Assembly (NCBI GenBank): GCA_963763785.1
Contig: CAVXPW010000017.1
Location: 5,042-69,041, forward strand
DNA length: 64,000 bases
Source of the DNA: an uncultured Solirubrobacterales bacterium
GTDB lineage: Bacteria; Actinomycetota; Thermoleophilia; Solirubrobacterales; Solirubrobacteraceae
Direction: 5' to 3'
The position numbers were made by a program, and so were the translations under genes. A model generated the notes under the pieces. The model saw only the letters and a list, made by a program, of their open reading frames with translations, ran no database searches and was not told where the DNA came from. This document shows positions 62,536 through 64,000 of this stretch, piece by piece. How positions within the stretch are numbered: position 1 is the stretch's first letter; every line of letters begins with the position of its first letter.

Positions 62536-63465
62536 ATGATCGAGGCAAGCGGTCTGACCAAGCGCTATGGCGACACTCTGGCCGTCGATGACCTCTCGTT
62601 CACCGTCCCGGCGGGCCAGGTGACCGGGTTCCTCGGCCCGAACGGGGCCGGGAAGTCGACGACGATGCGCATGGTCCTCGGCCTCGACGCGCCGACCAAG
62701 GGGACCGTGACGGTCAACGGGAGGCCCTACGCCGAGTACCGGCTGCCGCTGTTCGAGGTCGGCGCCCTGCTCGAGGCGAAGGCGATCCACGGCGGCCGCA
62801 GCGCCTACAACCACCTCCTGTGCCTGGCCCAGAGCAACGGGATCGGCCGCCGGCGGGTCGACGAGGTGCTCGACGCGGTCGGGCTGCGGGCGGTGGCCAA
62901 GAAGCGCTCGGGCGGGTTCTCGCTCGGTATGGGTCAGCGCCTGGGCATCGCCGCGGCGCTGCTCGGCGACCCGAAGGTCCTGATGTTCGACGAGCCGGTC
63001 AACGGCCTCGACCCGGAGGGCGTGCTCTGGATCCGCAACCTCCTGAAGTCGCTGGCCGCCGAGGGCCGGACGGTGTTCGTCTCGAGCCACCTGATGAGCG
63101 AGATGTCGATCACCGCCGACCGTCTGATTATCATCGGGCGGGGGCGGCTGATCGCCGAGACCACGGTCGACGATTTCCTCCAGGGCGGCACCGGGAACTT
63201 CGTGCGGGTGCGCTCGCCCCAGGCCGCGGAGCTCGTGGCCGTGCTCAAGGCGAAGGGGATCACCGCGATCCGCCAACCCGACGAGACGCTCAATGTGACC
63301 GGGGGGACCTGCGAGGCGATCGGCGAGCTCGCGGCGGCCAACGGTCTCACCCTCCACGAGTTGTCGGCGCACAAGGCGTCGCTCGAAGAGACGTTCATGG
63401 AGCTCACCCGAGACTCCGTCGACTTCCGCACGGACACGAGCGCGCTCGTCCCGGCGGAGAGCTGA
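62536..63465 (+). CDS. ABC transporter ATP-binding protein
   Basis: In-frame ATG 62536 (MIEASGLTKRYGD...). GPNGAGKSTT, FSLGMGQRLGIAAAL, LMFDEPVNGLD. Confidence 0.9.
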   Translation: MIEASGLTKRYGDTLAVDDLSFTVPAGQVTGFLGPNGAGKSTTMRMVLGLDAPTKGTVTVNGRPYAEYRLPLFEVGALLEAKAIHGGRSAYNHLLCLAQSNGIGRRRVDEVLDAVGLRAVAKKRSGGFSLGMGQRLGIAAALLGDPKVLMFDEPVNGLDPEGVLWIRNLLKSLAAEGRTVFVSSHLMSEMSITADRLIIIGRGRLIAETTVDDFLQGGTGNFVRVRSPQAAELVAVLKAKGITAIRQPDETLNVTGGTCEAIGELAAANGLTLHELSAHKASLEETFMELTRDSVDFRTDTSALVPAES

Positions 63466-63473
63466 GGTCAATC

Positions 63474-64000
63474 ATGGAAGCCATCTCCACCCCGCCGGTC
63501 TCCTACGGTCCGCTCTACAACTTCGGCAACGTGCTGCGATCGGAGGTGACGAAGCTCCGCACCGTCCGCTCGACCTACTGGACGCTGTTCGCCGCCGTCG
63601 TGTTCACGATCGGAATATCGGCGATCGGCGCCATCTTCACGGCCAACAACTACGCGCACTTCAACGCGCGGGAGATGGCCAACTTCAATCCGACCGAGCG
63701 CAGCCTCGGCGGCGTCAACCTGGCCCAGATCGCGATCGGCGTGCTCGGCGTCCTCGTCATCACGAGCGAGTACGGGACCGGGATGATCCGCGCCACCCTG
63801 AGCGCCGTGCCCCAGCGGCGGCTCGTCCTCGCGGCCAAGGCGCTCACCTTCGCGGTGACCGCCCTGGTCATCGGGACGATCGCGAGCTTCATCGCCTACT
63901 TCCTCGGCCAGGCGATCTTCACCGGGCAGGCGCCCCACTCGTCGATCAGCGACCCGGGGGTGCTGCGGGCGGTCTTCGGCGGCGGCCTCTACCTGGCGGC
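63474..64000 (+). CDS. ABC-2 family transporter permease (5' part; runs off the right edge)
   Basis: Not in the track because there is no stop. ATG 63474; MEAISTPPVSYGPLYNFGNVLRSEVTKLRTVRSTYWTLFAAVVFTIGISAIG... The frame is open to the window end. Confidence 0.75.
   Translation, partial: MEAISTPPVSYGPLYNFGNVLRSEVTKLRTVRSTYWTLFAAVVFTIGISAIGAIFTANNYAHFNAREMANFNPTERSLGGVNLAQIAIGVLGVLVITSEYGTGMIRATLSAVPQRRLVLAAKALTFAVTALVIGTIASFIAYFLGQAIFTGQAPHSSISDPGVLRAVFGGGLYLA

Overview
Very GC-rich bacterial chromosome segment (roughly 70% GC by eye, not computed). It has actinobacterial hallmarks: QcrCAB with a di-haem cytochrome c beside aa3 oxidase genes, many GTG starts, 4-nt start/stop overlaps and probable leaderless genes. 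ORF-track caveats: the track prints M for GTG and TTG starts and takes the longest ORF, so many N-termini overshoot and were re-placed by hand. Long antisense or alternate-frame ORFs are GC artefacts. Layout, left to right: (1) the right-hand end of an integrative element (lipoprotein fragment, Xis-like HTH, tyrosine integrase), abutting only the 5' half of a tRNA-Thr(CGU) gene. (2) A 2-oxoacid dehydrogenase E1alpha/E1beta/E2 + pepT operon, TauE, two divergent SGNH hydrolases, msrA, holB/tmk, an O-antigen-ligase-like protein and class II RNR nrdJ. (3) A lower-GC accessory patch: gene remnants, an IS630 element with TA duplication, a sigma-region-4 remnant, a 52-aa membrane protein and a DUF1206 protein. 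(4) An 801-aa protein with a zinc anti-sigma (HxxxCxxC) motif, 26 consecutive 15-residue Ala-rich repeats and a C-terminal membrane anchor. (5) A YciI-ECF sigma operon, an RHH-DUF4097-ABC exporter cluster, a PSD-like decarboxylase, a 1368-aa double-cyclase/P-loop/TPR protein and a VOC + Crp-like pair. (6) Pentose-phosphate genes (gnd-pgl; tal-pgi-HAD-zwf). (7) A seven-gene translationally coupled ctaC-ctaD-x-ctaG-qcrC-qcrA-qcrB operon. (8) An NhaP antiporter, GDH, secreted cell-wall-related proteins and an ABC-2 transporter running off the right edge. No rRNA, intact tRNA, CRISPR array or recognisable defence system was seen. The most unusual items are the split tRNA/integrase junction, a 1-nt deletion inside a 15-bp tandem repeat that splits an SGNH lipoprotein, an ECF sigma whose region 2 has no canonical start codon, the pentadecad-repeat ZAS protein with two G8 tracts, and a 19-bp tandem repeat carrying TTGACG.
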